A stretch of DNA of 32,000 bases from Vibrio cholerae ATCC 14035 (GCF_000621645.1 NZ_JHXR01000010.1:116483-148482); one strand, 5' to 3'; positions 8,885-18,369 are shown, counted from the first letter of the stretch. Program-made: numbers and translations. Notes: a model not told the origin generated them from the sequence alone.

Positions 8885-9184
8885 TCACTGATAGGTGGTT
8901 AACAAACAGTTTTCTTCGCCAAAACCGTTAGCAATATACTGATCAGCATGGGGATCATTGACCCACTCTTGTTTATCGAGCAAATAACGGAACTGAAATT
9001 CACGATCTTTCGGCAAACGAGTTTTAAATTTGAACGTGCTTGATTTGGCCACTTTTTTCATTGGCTCAGGCTGCCAACCTAAAAAATCGGCCACAATCGC
9101 CACTTCAGAGGCCGCTTGCGGGGCATCGCATTCAAAAGTGACTTCCACTTCATCTTTTGTTTTAAGGAACTTCTTGTTAATCAT
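8885..9184 (-). CDS. Small standalone glycogen/starch-binding-like protein (CBM48 / AMPK-beta GBD-like early-set fold), 99 aa
   Basis: The sequence (VEVTFECDAPQAASEVAIVADFLGWQP...MKK...FKFKTRLPKDREFQFRYLLDKQEWVNDPHADQY) resembles the AMPK1_CBM/CBM48 pattern. I chose the start at ATG 9184 because GGAG lies 7 nt upstream. Confidence 0.6.
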   Translation of the reverse strand: MINKKFLKTKDEVEVTFECDAPQAASEVAIVADFLGWQPEPMKKVAKSSTFKFKTRLPKDREFQFRYLLDKQEWVNDPHADQYIANGFGEENCLLTTYQ

Positions 9185-9521
9185 GTCAAACTCCATCTTC
9201 GAACAAAAAACAACCAACCGAAGGAATCATAGGTAATTTGTTATCTATACTCAACCTACAATCTCTCAATTAAGTGCATATCTTGAAAATCATCGGTGCT
9301 CTGTTTTTCCGCATGAAATTCCAATTAATCGCAGTCTTTTCCGTTAATGTTGGGAAAATGTGACGTTACATGAAGTTAATTCAATGAAATTAAAAGATTA
9401 ATTTTTTGACTCTGCCCGCCTAGCGATAGGTCAGTCAACTGAAGCCGCCCTTTACAGCCTATAAAATGAGCGTAGAATCCTCGGCGTTTTCATTTCCCTA
9501 TTTTTGTTAAGGTGATCAACT

Positions 9522-11183
9522 ATGTTTGCCATCTATGAATCCTATAAAGCCGGTCAGTTGCAACCCAAACAATGGGTCAACAATATTACAGCAGGATTGA
9601 TAGTTGGGGTGGTGGCACTGCCGTTAGCCATGGCGTTTGCCATTGCATCGGGAGTAAAACCAGAACAAGGAATTTATACCGCTATCATCGCGGGGATTAT
9701 TGTTTCCCTGTTTGGTGGTTCACGCGTACAAATCGCCGGCCCAACCGGCGCGTTTATTGTTATTCTTGCAGGCATCGTAGCCGAACACGGCGTGGCTGGA
9801 TTACAAATTGCCACCATCATGGCGGGCTTTATTCTAGTGGTATTGGGGCTCGCACGATTAGGTAGCATCATTCGCTATATTCCTGACCCGGTTATCGTCG
9901 GTTTTACTTCAGGCATTGGGGTGATCATTTGGGTGGGGCAATGGCGTGACTTCTTTGGCCTTCCTGAAATTAAAGGTGAGCACTTTCATCAAAAACTGGT
10001 GGCGATTTTTCATGCTTTCCCACAATTCCATCTCACAACAACACTGCTGGCTTTACTGTCTCTGGCTTTAGTGATTTTTGGGCCGAAAATTCCCAAACTC
10101 TCAAAAATTCCGGGGCCGCTTTTGGCCCTTGTGGTGGTCACGTCGCTGCAATATGTGGTGGGGTTTGATGGCGTCAGAACCATTGGGTCAGCGTTTGGCG
10201 GTATTCCACAAGGCTTACCTGAGTTTGCGCTACCGGATCTTAGCCTAAGCCAAATGATTCAACTGATTGGTCCTGCCTTTGCGATTGCGATGTTAGGTGC
10301 AATTGAATCCTTACTCTCCGCCGTAGTTGCTGATGGCATGGCTGGCACTAAACACAACTCAAACCAAGAGTTGGTTGGACAAGGGATTGCGAATATTGTG
10401 GCCCCTCTATTTGGTGGTATTGCTGCAACGGGTGCGATCGCGCGAACCGCGACCAACATTCGTAATGGCGGCAATAGCCCAATCGCTGGAGTCATGCACG
10501 CGCTGACGCTGGTCATTATTCTGCTCGTACTCGCACCTTTGGCGGTGAATATTCCTCTCGCGACGTTGAGCGCGATTCTATTTGTGGTGGCTTGGAATAT
10601 GAGTGAAGCGCCGCACTTTGTACAACTGGCTAAGCGCGCACCGCGTGCTGATGTGGCGATTCTACTGCTCACCTTCGGTTTGACCGTGTTTGCCGATCTG
10701 GTCGTGGCAGTCAATATCGGTGTGATCATTGCTATGTTGCACTTTGTAAAGCGCATGGCATCGAGCGTTGAAGTGAAGGCCAACGGCTCGCAAGAGATGA
10801 GCTACGAACTGGCACAACACGGCAGAAGTACACTGCCTCGTGAACTGGCGGTGTACGCGCTAGAAGGCCCCTTCTTCTTTGCTGCGGCAGAAACGTTTGA
10901 ACGTGTGATGGGCAGTATTCAAGAAACCCCTCAGATCTTAATCTTGCGTTTAAAATGGGTGCCTTTTATGGATATAACGGGTATTCAGACGCTGGAAGAG
11001 ATGATTCAAAGCTTCCACAAACGTGGGATTAAGGTTTTGATTTCAGGTGCCAATAGTCGAGTCTCACAAAAATTGGTCAAAGCAGGCATAGTCAAACTGG
11101 TCGGCGAGCAGAATGTCTATCCCGTTTTTGAAGTCGCTCTCAGCGCAGCATTAACGGAAATTGAAGCCCAACCCACCGAGTGA
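9522..11183 (+). CDS. SulP-family anion transporter with C-terminal STAS domain
   Basis: A 553-aa protein with a polytopic N-terminal SulP core and a C-terminal STAS-like region (ILILRLKWVPFMDITGIQTLEEMIQSFHKRGIKVLISG). The RBS AAGGTGA lies upstream. Confidence 0.9.
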   Translation: MFAIYESYKAGQLQPKQWVNNITAGLIVGVVALPLAMAFAIASGVKPEQGIYTAIIAGIIVSLFGGSRVQIAGPTGAFIVILAGIVAEHGVAGLQIATIMAGFILVVLGLARLGSIIRYIPDPVIVGFTSGIGVIIWVGQWRDFFGLPEIKGEHFHQKLVAIFHAFPQFHLTTTLLALLSLALVIFGPKIPKLSKIPGPLLALVVVTSLQYVVGFDGVRTIGSAFGGIPQGLPEFALPDLSLSQMIQLIGPAFAIAMLGAIESLLSAVVADGMAGTKHNSNQELVGQGIANIVAPLFGGIAATGAIARTATNIRNGGNSPIAGVMHALTLVIILLVLAPLAVNIPLATLSAILFVVAWNMSEAPHFVQLAKRAPRADVAILLLTFGLTVFADLVVAVNIGVIIAMLHFVKRMASSVEVKANGSQEMSYELAQHGRSTLPRELAVYALEGPFFFAAAETFERVMGSIQETPQILILRLKWVPFMDITGIQTLEEMIQSFHKRGIKVLISGANSRVSQKLVKAGIVKLVGEQNVYPVFEVALSAALTEIEAQPTE

Positions 11184-11243
11184 TTGACGTAAACGACTTG
11201 ATATTTACGCATCGAGTCGAAGCGAAAGACCATACTTCAACCT

Positions 11244-11275
11244 AAGCCTCCGAGAGCAAGGAGGCTTTTTTATTT
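11244..11275 (+). terminator. Rho-independent terminator of the sulP-family gene
   Basis: A stem aagcctcc/ggaggctt (11244-11267) followed by TTTTATTTTTATT. Confidence 0.75.
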
Positions 11276-11618
11276 TTATTCTCTTCTTAATCGAAGCTAC
11301 AGCAGTGCTGACTACCACACTCGTGGCTAACAATATGCTTTACGCCACACAATGACCAAGCAATCGCTTTGTGGTCTTATTCATCAACAATGACACTTTT
11401 AACAATAAATATACAAAAAACCATCAAAGCTTGAAACATCAGGAAATTAATTTGAATGCATACCCAAAATAAATGAATAGTATTGCGTAGGGTGTCAAAA
11501 ATAGATATTCTTGCGCCCGCTGATTAAATACGGAAATGCAGTGAATTTTTATGCCAAGGTGTGGCGAATTTCGACTGAACAGTGTGTCTGAATGACGCAG
11601 CATGAATAGAGATAAATA

Positions 11619-12995
11619 ATGCAAGATAACGCGCAAACCTTAGAGCCACCAGCGAAGGCTGGCACAGGTAATCTGTGGATGTTCCTGATCCCTTCTCTGA
11701 TCGGGCTTTTCCTCTTTATGGCTCCCATCAGTTACGATGGATCGTTAACCATTCCAGTGGCGGTGTTGGCCAAGTCCGTTCAAGCGCTGTTTGGGGATTC
11801 TCTGGTGACTGTCGTTACGGCAATCATCGCCTTTATGTCGGTTGCCTCTGTTATCTGTAAAGTCTTTAAACCAAGTTGGGTCATGTCTCGTCCTTTCTTA
11901 AACAGTTTGTTTAATCCTTCTTGGCTTTGGTTAACCGTGCGTGTGATTGGCGGAGCTGCCGTGATCATGACATTTTTCCAAATCGGTCCAAAAGCGATTT
12001 GGGAAGAAAATACGGGTGGACTGGTTTTGCAAGGCCTGCTCCCAACGCTATTTTCCGTGTTTATTTTCGCAGGCTTACTGTTACCTTTGCTGCTTAACTT
12101 TGGCTTGTTAGAGCTGTTTGGCAGCTTACTGAGCAAAGTGATGCGCCCTTTATTCAATCTACCGGGTCGCAGCGCAATCGACTGTATGGCTTCATGGCTG
12201 GGCGATGGTAGCGTAGGCATCCTACTCACCAGTAAACAATACGAAGAAAAATTCTACACCCAACGTGAAGCAGCGGTAGTTGGCACAACCTTCTCTGCGG
12301 TATCGATCACTTTTAGCTTAGTGGTGATCGCCCAAGTCGAGCTTGAACACCTATTCCTACCTTTCTATGGTGCAGTCTGTTTAGCGGGATTGGTGGCAGC
12401 AGTAGTTATCCCTCGCCTTCCTCCTTTGTCATGGAAAAAAGATACTTATATCGATGGCAGCAAGCCTCATCCTGATGCCGATGCGATCCCGGAAGGTCAC
12501 AGTGCGTTTTCTTGGGGCATGGAGCTGGCTTTAGCCAAAGCGGCAAAAGTTAAATCCGTCCAATCGGTGATCGGTGAAGGCATACGTAACGCCGTCGATA
12601 TGGTGTTTGGCGTACTGCCTGTCGTGATGGGGCTTGGCACTATTGCCTTGGTGATTGCTGAATATACTTCGGTATTCTCCCTGCTTGGCCAACCTTTCAT
12701 TCCGTTTTTAGAGCTGCTGGGCGTACCAGAGGCTGCCGCGGCTTCAAAAACCATTGTGGTTGGCTTTGCGGATATGTTTATTCCGGCCATTTTAGCGGCC
12801 TCTATCGATAACGAAATGACACGCTTTGTCATTGCAGCGATGTCTGTGACTCAGCTTATCTATATGTCTGAAGTCGGTGCACTACTGCTCGGTAGCCGCA
12901 TCCCAGTCAATATTGTCGAGCTGTTTGTCATTTTCATTTTGCGCACCCTGATCACTCTGTCGGTGATTGCCGCAGTCGCACATCTGCTGTTCTAA
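11619..12995 (+). CDS. YjiH-like membrane protein (nucleoside-recognition/Gate-domain family), function unknown
   Basis: A 458-aa polytopic protein that resembles the YjiH family by overall pattern. The start-site RBS is weak, so the exact start is uncertain. Confidence 0.75.
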   Translation: MQDNAQTLEPPAKAGTGNLWMFLIPSLIGLFLFMAPISYDGSLTIPVAVLAKSVQALFGDSLVTVVTAIIAFMSVASVICKVFKPSWVMSRPFLNSLFNPSWLWLTVRVIGGAAVIMTFFQIGPKAIWEENTGGLVLQGLLPTLFSVFIFAGLLLPLLLNFGLLELFGSLLSKVMRPLFNLPGRSAIDCMASWLGDGSVGILLTSKQYEEKFYTQREAAVVGTTFSAVSITFSLVVIAQVELEHLFLPFYGAVCLAGLVAAVVIPRLPPLSWKKDTYIDGSKPHPDADAIPEGHSAFSWGMELALAKAAKVKSVQSVIGEGIRNAVDMVFGVLPVVMGLGTIALVIAEYTSVFSLLGQPFIPFLELLGVPEAAAASKTIVVGFADMFIPAILAASIDNEMTRFVIAAMSVTQLIYMSEVGALLLGSRIPVNIVELFVIFILRTLITLSVIAAVAHLLF

Positions 12996-13012
12996 TCTGT
13001 CTCCCTATTAAG

Positions 13013-13040
13013 AAGCGCCATCAGCATGGCGCTTTTCTTA
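13013..13040 (+). terminator. Rho-independent terminator
   Basis: A 9-bp stem aagcgccat/atggcgctt with loop cagc and a T-rich tail. Confidence 0.7.
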
Positions 13041-13285
13041 TACAAAATCTCATTTTTGAGCCTTTTTATCATCAATCTTATTAATATCAGTGATTTTCAT
13101 ATCATCTGACTCCGCCTATAATTCAACCAAATAATGATGATTAGCCGTCAAGTTGTAATCAATAGCCCTGCAACTTTAGGTTGAGAAGTAGAACACAATC
13201 GATATCCACACGACTTGGAAACAGACGCAGCCAACACCGCTGCAGCTTCAACGAGGAAGGGGATAACAGTGCGGAATAATCAATA

Positions 13286-13753
13286 ATGAGATGGATATTG
13301 CTGATCTTGACCTTGTGGTGCAGCTCTTTCGCTTTGGCATCGAACATCACGATACAAATCGCAGACGCGCCGCCTAAGGTATTTTCATTGCAAGAGCTAG
13401 CCACTGAACTGCCTGCAGTTTCTTTTACCACTGGACTGCCATGGATTCATGGTTCACATCGCTTTACGGGTTTTAAAGTGAGCGATTTGCTTGATTATCT
13501 ACAGCAAGATCACGTCAAATCGGTGACTTTTATGGCATTGAATGACTACGCTGCTAATATTTCGATAGCGGATATTCAATATTATGAACCGATTGTGGCG
13601 TACTACATGGACGGTAATGAGATGAAAATTCGTCACAAAGGCCCTTTTTGGTTGGTGTATAACTTAGATCAAAATCCAAAACTGAAGAACTCCGTTTATT
13701 ACACCCATATGGTTTGGCAGATAAGTCAAATTTTGATTCATAAGAAGCCATGA
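13286..13753 (+). CDS. Periplasmic protein with molybdopterin-oxidoreductase-like (YedY/SorA Oxidored_molyb) fold, 155 aa
   Basis: A signal peptide (MRWILLILTLWCSSFALA). The pattern FSLQEL...LP..SFTT..PW..G...FTGFKVSDLL...V.F.ALNDY...I...D......IVAY..DG..M....KGPFWLVY is typical of small molybdopterin-binding-domain proteins. Its stop overlaps the next gene's start (ATGA). Confidence 0.65.
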   Translation: MRWILLILTLWCSSFALASNITIQIADAPPKVFSLQELATELPAVSFTTGLPWIHGSHRFTGFKVSDLLDYLQQDHVKSVTFMALNDYAANISIADIQYYEPIVAYYMDGNEMKIRHKGPFWLVYNLDQNPKLKNSVYYTHMVWQISQILIHKKP

Positions 13754-14850
13754 ATACACAAACTCAGAAAACGCTCCACCCGCTGATCTTACATGCCAAA
13801 ACACTGCTGATCTTCATGTCGGCGATTCTGATTTTGGCCAATTTGTATTTGATCAACAGTACTCGCGATTTATCTAAGTCTTACTCTTCGCATACTAACC
13901 AAGCGATCTGGTTCTTATTCCAGCTCAATAAAGAGTTTACTGAGATGCTGGCGCTCTCCCCCTACCTATTGGAGTCGGAGATCAACCAGCGCGATGTGAT
14001 GGTGAAATATGAGCTGACTTGGAGCCGTTTTGATCTGATCCTCAATAGCCCAGAAGCCGACGGCATTATAGGCATGCCCAGCACTCGCGAATTCTTCCAA
14101 GCCGCGTTTGCGCGCTTTAAACAACTTGAACCGCTACTGCTTGCGGCCAAAAATCCAGAAAGCTTACAAACTTTTATTGTTGCCGCCCAACAAGAGCTGG
14201 AGATTTTTATTCAGTTCATAAACCGCACATTTGGAATGCAAAGTCCTTTGTATGTAGAGCAAAAAGAGAAACTGAATTACCTCAGTCGCATCCAGTTTGC
14301 GTTAATTTTGTTGACGTTTAGCTGTGTGGGACTGGTGAGTTTTATTTTGCATAAAGAGGCCACGCACCATAGAGTCTTGGCCTTAACGGACCCATTAACA
14401 GGGCTGGAAAACCGTACAGCCATGTTCGCCGAATTAGAACGCCACCGCCGCAGCGGTGGATTCTCTCTCTTTTTGCTCGATCTGAATGGTTTTAAACAAA
14501 TTAATGATACCTACGGACATCCAATGGGCGATGCGGTACTCAAACAGGTTGCTTATCGCTTAAACAACTCGATTCCTTCATTCGATTATCGTGTATTTCG
14601 GATGGGGGGAGATGAATTTGCCATCATCCTAAGCAGCATCAATTCGACCGAGCAGATGATGATGCAGCGCATGATCAAACAGTGTTTCGACCATGAATTT
14701 GAATTAAGTGGCGATTTACGAGCCAAACTCAACACCAGCGTCGGGGTCAGTACTTATCCACTCGACAGCACCAATTTGAGCCAGTTGATCCATCTGGCAG
14801 ATAAAAACATGTATGAAATGAAATTCCTACAAAAAAGCCCCTCATCGTGA
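13750..14850 (+). CDS. cdgA: Membrane diguanylate cyclase (two TM segments, periplasmic sensor region, GGDEF domain)
   Basis: Two TM segments flank a periplasmic region of about 150 aa. The C-terminal GGDEF domain has DPLTGLENR, LLDLNGFKQINDTYGH and an intact RMGGDEF. The symbol comes from my memory of the gene next to pstB on V. cholerae chromosome II. Confidence 0.8.
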   Translation: MNTQTQKTLHPLILHAKTLLIFMSAILILANLYLINSTRDLSKSYSSHTNQAIWFLFQLNKEFTEMLALSPYLLESEINQRDVMVKYELTWSRFDLILNSPEADGIIGMPSTREFFQAAFARFKQLEPLLLAAKNPESLQTFIVAAQQELEIFIQFINRTFGMQSPLYVEQKEKLNYLSRIQFALILLTFSCVGLVSFILHKEATHHRVLALTDPLTGLENRTAMFAELERHRRSGGFSLFLLDLNGFKQINDTYGHPMGDAVLKQVAYRLNNSIPSFDYRVFRMGGDEFAIILSSINSTEQMMMQRMIKQCFDHEFELSGDLRAKLNTSVGVSTYPLDSTNLSQLIHLADKNMYEMKFLQKSPSS

Positions 14851-14855
14851 GGGGC
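14831..14855 (-). terminator. Rho-independent terminator of pstB; the hairpin overlaps the cdgA stop codon
   Basis: A stem gcccctca/tgaggggc (14837-14855). The minus strand continues with T6, whereas the plus-strand tail (aaagtttacc) is poor. Confidence 0.7.
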
Positions 14856-14896
14856 AAAGTTTACCATCGCTTATAGTTATAATTTGCCAGTATTCA

Positions 14897-15652
14897 TTAA
14901 CCAAAATCACCATTCACATAACCACGGGTACGATCATCGCGTGGGTTACTGAAAATGACTTGAGTGTCATCGTGTTCAACCAACTCACCCATTAAGAAGA
15001 ATGCAGTACGGTCTGAAATACGGCGCGCTTGCTGCATTGAGTGAGTCACGATAACGATGGTGTAGTTCTTCTTAAGATCTTCCATCAGCTCTTCTATTTT
15101 GTGGGTCGCAATTGGGTCAAGTGCCGAAGTCGGCTCATCCATCAAGATCACATCGGGTTCCATGGCGATGGTGCGCGCGATACAAAGACGCTGCTGCTGG
15201 CCACCTGATAAACCAAAGGCATGAGATTTAAGACGATCTTTTACCTCATCCCATAGCGCTGCGCCACGCAGTGAACGTTCAACCACTTCATCAAGATGCT
15301 TTTTGTCCTTGATACCTTGCGCACGCAGACCATAGGCCACGTTTTCATAAATACTCATTGGGAATGGGTTGGGTTTTTGGAACACCATACCAACGCGGAT
15401 ACGCAGATCAGACACATCGATATTGCCATACACATCTTGGCCATCCATGGTCAGCTTACCGGTAATTGTGACTCCCTCAATGAGATCATTCATACGATTC
15501 AGGCAGCGCAACAGGGTTGATTTACCGCAACCAGAAGGGCCAATCAGTGCTGTCACTTGACGCGTAGGAATCGGCAGATTAATCGATTTCAGGGCTTGGT
15601 TCTCACCGTAAAACAGGTCGAGGTTTTCAATGTTGAATTTGGTCGTTTTCAT
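14897..15652 (-). CDS. pstB: Phosphate ABC transporter ATP-binding protein PstB
   Basis: Walker [10 protein letters not shown], signature LSGGQQQRL, Walker [13 protein letters not shown], and the PstB-typical ends (NLDLFYG...; ...[10 protein letters not shown]). I prefer the start at ATG 15652 (MKTTKF...); the ORF track extends it to 15676. Confidence 0.95.
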   Translation of the reverse strand: MKTTKFNIENLDLFYGENQALKSINLPIPTRQVTALIGPSGCGKSTLLRCLNRMNDLIEGVTITGKLTMDGQDVYGNIDVSDLRIRVGMVFQKPNPFPMSIYENVAYGLRAQGIKDKKHLDEVVERSLRGAALWDEVKDRLKSHAFGLSGGQQQRLCIARTIAMEPDVILMDEPTSALDPIATHKIEELMEDLKKNYTIVIVTHSMQQARRISDRTAFFLMGELVEHDDTQVIFSNPRDDRTRGYVNGDFG

Positions 15653-15680
15653 TGTGTTATCTCTAAATTCTGTCAATGAC

Positions 15681-16550
15681 TTAATAGGTCGCAGTATTGA
15701 ATCGTTTGGCGATGAGCTTGGTGATCATGTTGATCAGCAAAACCACAACAATCAGCACAGTGGCGGTGCCATAAGCTTGGTTCCATTCTTCAATAGTGAA
15801 CAGCTCTGTGGTCAGTTTGTACAAGTGAACGGTCAAGGTGCGTCCAGAATCTAGCAGAGAATCTGGAATACGCGCCACCATACCCGCGGTTAAAAATACT
15901 GGGGCAGATTCACCAATGACACGGCCAATACTCAAAATGACAGAAGTTAAAATCCCCGGCATAGCACTTGGCAAAATTAGCCGGCGGATGGTGTAAATTT
16001 TTGAAGCACCCACGCCATACGAGCCTTCACGGTAGGTTTGTGGTACCGCCATTAAGGCTTCTTCCGTGGTACGAATAATGACTGGCAGGATCAAGATACT
16101 GAGAGTTAATGCACCGGAAAGAATCGAGAAGCCTAAGCCCAAAATCGCCACGAAGAAGGTCATACCGAACAGACCAAAAATGATCGAAGGGATCCCCGCC
16201 AGTGACTCGGTACAGAAGCGAATGATTTTGACCAAACGGCTGCCGACTTTGGCGTATTCCGTCAAGTAAATCGCTGTCATGATACCAATAGGCGCTGCGA
16301 CCGCGATCGAAGCGACAACCATATACACGGTCGAGACAATCATCGGGAAAATACCGTGCTCATCGCCCGTGTGGGTGTAATTATCAGTAACGAATTTCCA
16401 GTTAACGTGTTGCAGACCGTTGGACAAGATGTACCAGATGATCCAGAACAAGAAGCCGACGGTCAGCGCCGCAGAAATCCAAATAAACGTGCGCAAGATA
16501 TTGTCTTTGAGCACACGCGCTTGTTTCAGTTTTACGCGATCCATCGTCAT
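15681..16550 (-). CDS. pstA: Phosphate ABC transporter permease PstA
   Basis: A 289-aa BPD_transp_1 permease. It is the second permease in pstSCAB order, and its start overlaps the pstC stop by 1 nt. Confidence 0.9.
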   Translation of the reverse strand: MTMDRVKLKQARVLKDNILRTFIWISAALTVGFLFWIIWYILSNGLQHVNWKFVTDNYTHTGDEHGIFPMIVSTVYMVVASIAVAAPIGIMTAIYLTEYAKVGSRLVKIIRFCTESLAGIPSIIFGLFGMTFFVAILGLGFSILSGALTLSILILPVIIRTTEEALMAVPQTYREGSYGVGASKIYTIRRLILPSAMPGILTSVILSIGRVIGESAPVFLTAGMVARIPDSLLDSGRTLTVHLYKLTTELFTIEEWNQAYGTATVLIVVVLLINMITKLIAKRFNTATY

Positions 16551-17470
16551 TACCTCGCTTTCTCACGGTTTAAATACAGCAACGCACCGTTCAGCATCAT
16601 GATGAATACCAGCAGTACCACACCTGTGGCGTAGAGTGCATTAGCATGGATGCCACTGGCGTAAGACATTTCAATCGCAATGTTGGCTGTCAGGGTACGC
16701 GCCGAATCAAGTAGGCCTTCTGGCATCGCAGGTGCGTTACCCATCACCATGATGATCGCCATGGTTTCACCCAGAGCGCGACCAATACCCAAGATAACGC
16801 CCGTCATGATCCCGGAACGCGCGGCGGGAACCAGCAGTTTGAAGATGGTGTAGATGCTTGAAGCACCCAGTGCGAGTGAACCTTCTTTGTAAGCACGCGG
16901 TACCGCGCGAATCGAGGTTTCAGAGACCGTAATCACGGTGGGAAGGATCATGACGCCCAACACTATGATACCTGCCAGAATCGTGTTACCCGCAGGCACA
17001 TTAAAGACATCTTGAATCAGCGGAACGATGATCACCAAGCCAAAGAAGCCATAGACCACAGAAGGAATACCGGCGAGCAATTCAACTGCAGGGCGTATCA
17101 CATCCGCTACCCGTTTGGGAGCCACTTCAGCGATAAAAATAGCCGTGAGAACACCAACCGGAACCCCCACAATCACAGCCCCAAAGGTTGAGACGACAGA
17201 AGCGACAATCATGGTCGCCACGCCAAACAGTGCAGGTGGTAACCAGTCTTGTCCGAGCACTATGCCGGTGACTCCCGCTTCTTGGAAAGCAGGGATACTT
17301 TCACGAACAATGAAGTAAGCAATGATGGCTAGAGACAAAATGCCGATCACAGCACTGGTCATAAACAAACCGTGAAAGATACGTTCTTTCCAGTCAACAC
17401 GTCGTTGCTCACGCAAACTACGCATAGAGGTATTATCCATAAGCTTGTCACTATTTGTTGCGATGGTCAT
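16550..17470 (-). CDS. pstC: Phosphate ABC transporter permease PstC
   Basis: A permease with the EAA-like loop, the first permease after pstS. I set the start to ATG 17470 (MTIATNSDKL...), because the ORF-track extension to 17533 merely translates the intercistronic hairpin. Confidence 0.9.
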   Translation of the reverse strand: MTIATNSDKLMDNTSMRSLREQRRVDWKERIFHGLFMTSAVIGILSLAIIAYFIVRESIPAFQEAGVTGIVLGQDWLPPALFGVATMIVASVVSTFGAVIVGVPVGVLTAIFIAEVAPKRVADVIRPAVELLAGIPSVVYGFFGLVIIVPLIQDVFNVPAGNTILAGIIVLGVMILPTVITVSETSIRAVPRAYKEGSLALGASSIYTIFKLLVPAARSGIMTGVILGIGRALGETMAIIMVMGNAPAMPEGLLDSARTLTANIAIEMSYASGIHANALYATGVVLLVFIMMLNGALLYLNREKAR

Positions 17471-17509
17471 AAAATCACCTATCGAACTAAGGTCGATGTA
17501 AATAAAGTA

Positions 17510-17530
17510 CCCGACCCAAATTGGGTCGGG
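17510..17530 (-). other. GC-rich intercistronic hairpin between pstS and pstC (candidate attenuator or mRNA-stability element)
   Basis: A perfect palindrome cccgacccaa-a-ttgggtcggg, followed on the minus strand by TACTTTATTT. Confidence 0.55.
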
Positions 17531-17547
17531 CAAAGGAGTAAAGCGTG

Positions 17548-18369
17548 TTAGTTAACTGCGATGTAGCCTTTATCAGCGACAATCTTTTGTGCTTCTGGAG
17601 ACAGCATCCACTGTAAGAATTTCTGTGCTTGTGCTGATGGTTTACCTTGTTGGTAAAGCACGAGGAACGGACGAGAAACTTTGTAAGTACCGTTTTTCAC
17701 GTTATCAACGCTCGCTTCTACACCATCCACAGATAGAGCGTGAACTGATGTGTCGACAGTACCGAGCGAAATGTAACCAATTGCATAAGGGTTAGAAGCA
17801 ACGATGGTTTTTAGTGCACCGTTACCATTCGCGACTTGAGCACGTTGAGAAATGGCAGAGACTTCTTTATCCGCAATTTTCTTTTTCAGAGACATGATGT
17901 CTTCGAAAGCACCACGAGTGCCTGAAGCAGTGTCACGAGTGACGGCAACAATTGGCTTATCTTCACCGCCAACTTGTTTCCAGTTGGTGATTTCACCTTT
18001 GTAGATTTCAGAAACTTGTTCCGCTGTCAGACCTTTCACCGCATTGCTTGGGTGAACTACGACTGCGATACCGTCAAGCGCTATCGCTTCTTCCATTAAT
18101 GTTGGCTCTTTTTCAGAGTCTTTCAGATTGCGCGATGACATACCGAGATCTGCGCTGCCATTTTTCGCGGCTTTGATACCCGCAGAAGAACCTGGGCCTT
18201 GTACTTCAATGAAAACTTCAGGATTCTTTTTAGCATAGGTTTCAGAAAACACTTCCATCAATGGGGTAACACTGTTTGAGCCCACAGCTGAAATTGTCTC
18301 TTTCGCCATCACTGGAGTTACTGCAAGTGCGCCCATAAGAGCGATAGCACCGATTACTGTCTTTTTCAT
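17548..18369 (-). CDS. pstS: Periplasmic phosphate-binding protein PstS
   Basis: From ATG 18369 there is a signal peptide MKKTVIGAIALMGALAVTPVMA, with AGGAAA 6 nt upstream. The protein has PBP-like_2 features (GSNSVTPL, GPGSSAGI, RDTASGTR). Confidence 0.9.
   Translation of the reverse strand: MKKTVIGAIALMGALAVTPVMAKETISAVGSNSVTPLMEVFSETYAKKNPEVFIEVQGPGSSAGIKAAKNGSADLGMSSRNLKDSEKEPTLMEEAIALDGIAVVVHPSNAVKGLTAEQVSEIYKGEITNWKQVGGEDKPIVAVTRDTASGTRGAFEDIMSLKKKIADKEVSAISQRAQVANGNGALKTIVASNPYAIGYISLGTVDTSVHALSVDGVEASVDNVKNGTYKVSRPFLVLYQQGKPSAQAQKFLQWMLSPEAQKIVADKGYIAVN

Noticed and set aside
9358-9371. A near-palindrome atgtgacgttacat between the CBM48-like gene and sulP, considered as a CRP site.
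   Set aside because: Only the TGTGA half fits CRP, and the second half (ATGAA/TTACAT register) does not match TCACA at the 6-nt spacing. The 14-mer is an imperfect palindrome that I cannot assign to any regulator.
10259-10783. A 174-aa minus-strand ORF inside the SulP gene. Similar antisense ORFs occur at 9674-9871, 11780-12229, 12497-12832, 8491-8829, 21795-22109, 24847-25158 and 27453-27806.
   Set aside because: Each is fully embedded antisense to a well-supported gene. Their translations are low-complexity (Ala/Thr/Arg/Ser-rich) with no recognisable motifs, RBS or signal. They are typical shadow ORFs.
11440-11618. A possible lysine-type or other known riboswitch upstream of the YjiH-like gene. 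I noticed tgccaagg and ctgaacagtgtgtc, which are vaguely like lysine-element segments.
   Set aside because: The conserved core elements (AGAGGCGC P1 region, GCCGAAG, CUGUCA in the correct order and pairing) are not present. The resemblance is at chance level without a covariance-model search.
13159-13431. A 90-aa minus-strand ORF overlapping the start of the periplasmic molybdopterin-fold gene.
   Set aside because: It is antisense to the signal-peptide region of a better-supported gene and extends into a terminator and promoter region. It has no RBS or motifs.
17471-17533. ORF-track 5' extensions of pstC (to 17533), pstS (to 18447), pstB (to 15676), the Bcr-like MFS (to 4330) and lpp (from 30958).
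   Set aside because: These extensions translate a palindromic hairpin, the Pho-box/promoter region or the divergent LysR gene. In each case an internal ATG has a good RBS and yields a proper signal peptide or conserved N-terminus.
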